A stretch of 64,000 nucleotides of DNA. Source: Giardia intestinalis. Its lineage: Eukaryota. The translations under genes and the position numbers were made by a program. Within the stretch, counting starts at the first letter, position 1, and the number at the start of each line of letters is the position of its first letter. Shown here in pieces: positions 63,983-64,000 of this stretch. The stretch lies in assembly GCA_000002435.2 (NCBI GenBank), contig CM018792.1. The stretch is one strand, 5' to 3'. The notes beneath the pieces were generated by a model. That model searched no databases and was not told the origin of the DNA. It saw only the letters and a list, made by a program, of their open reading frames with translations.

Positions 63983-64000
63983 AGCTTTTTCCGCGCTGCG

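Noticed and set aside
1-64000. Prokaryotic-style interpretation (operons, defence islands, CRISPR arrays, RM/TA systems)
   Set aside because: Gene structure argues for a eukaryotic (Giardia-like) nuclear segment. Evidence includes multi-kb ORFs, ankyrin/RING/WD40/NAK-kinase/V-ATPase/CIAO1 content, A/T-rich initiators abutting ATGs and AGTRAAY-type poly(A) motifs. No direct-repeat/spacer arrays or bacterial promoter/RBS patterns were seen.

Overview
The window is a gene-dense, intron-poor eukaryotic segment that looks like Giardia (diplomonad) nuclear DNA. Four things point that way: (1) long uninterrupted ORFs on both strands with 10-170 bp spacers; (2) short A/T-rich initiator motifs abutting the ATG, e.g. 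'AAAATTAAAACGATG' and 'TTTTAAAAAGATG'; (3) AGTRAAY/TGTAAAY-like polyadenylation motifs at or just after stop codons; (4) many 'TALM(x)AA'-type ankyrin-repeat proteins of the Giardia 'Protein 21.1' kind.

I call 28 protein genes:
- Recognisable housekeeping genes: a NAK/Ark1-like Ser/Thr kinase (5'-truncated by the window edge), a HAD-family hydrolase, a small MPN/Mov34-like protein, V-ATPase subunit B, a NTMT1/METTL11A-type N-terminal methyltransferase, V-ATPase proteolipid c'', a stefin/cystatin-like protein, CIAO1 (WD40) and a CPA1 Na+/H+ exchanger.
- Seven ankyrin-repeat genes clustered in 35.8-56.5 kb, three of which end in a zf-C3HC4_3 RING.
- Several coiled-coil or hypothetical genes.
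- Four giant paralogues (2165, 795, 2093 and 2253 aa) clustered within 30 kb. They share a previously unnamed N-terminal domain ('R(P/K)LYV(L/M)FEx(L/A)(L/G)CDP(M/L)TDH(E/Q)(A/T)PKDV(Y/L)P'), then coiled coil, then 'EDAxxxGYxGP...G.Y.Y.G' repeats and very long S/T/P/Q-rich tails.

The most anomalous element is a ~1.4 kb compositional island at ~33.76-35.16 kb. It is about 70% GC with about 95% GC3, against about 49% GC elsewhere. It encodes a 277-aa protein with a Myb/SANT-like W-x-W-x-Y N-terminus and an elastin-like P/G/V-rich tail. It is flanked by unusually long (400 and 690 bp) ORF-free AT-rich spacers.

Many ORF-track starts are TTG/GTG artefacts. I re-anchored those genes to the first in-frame ATG that has an A/T-rich initiator.
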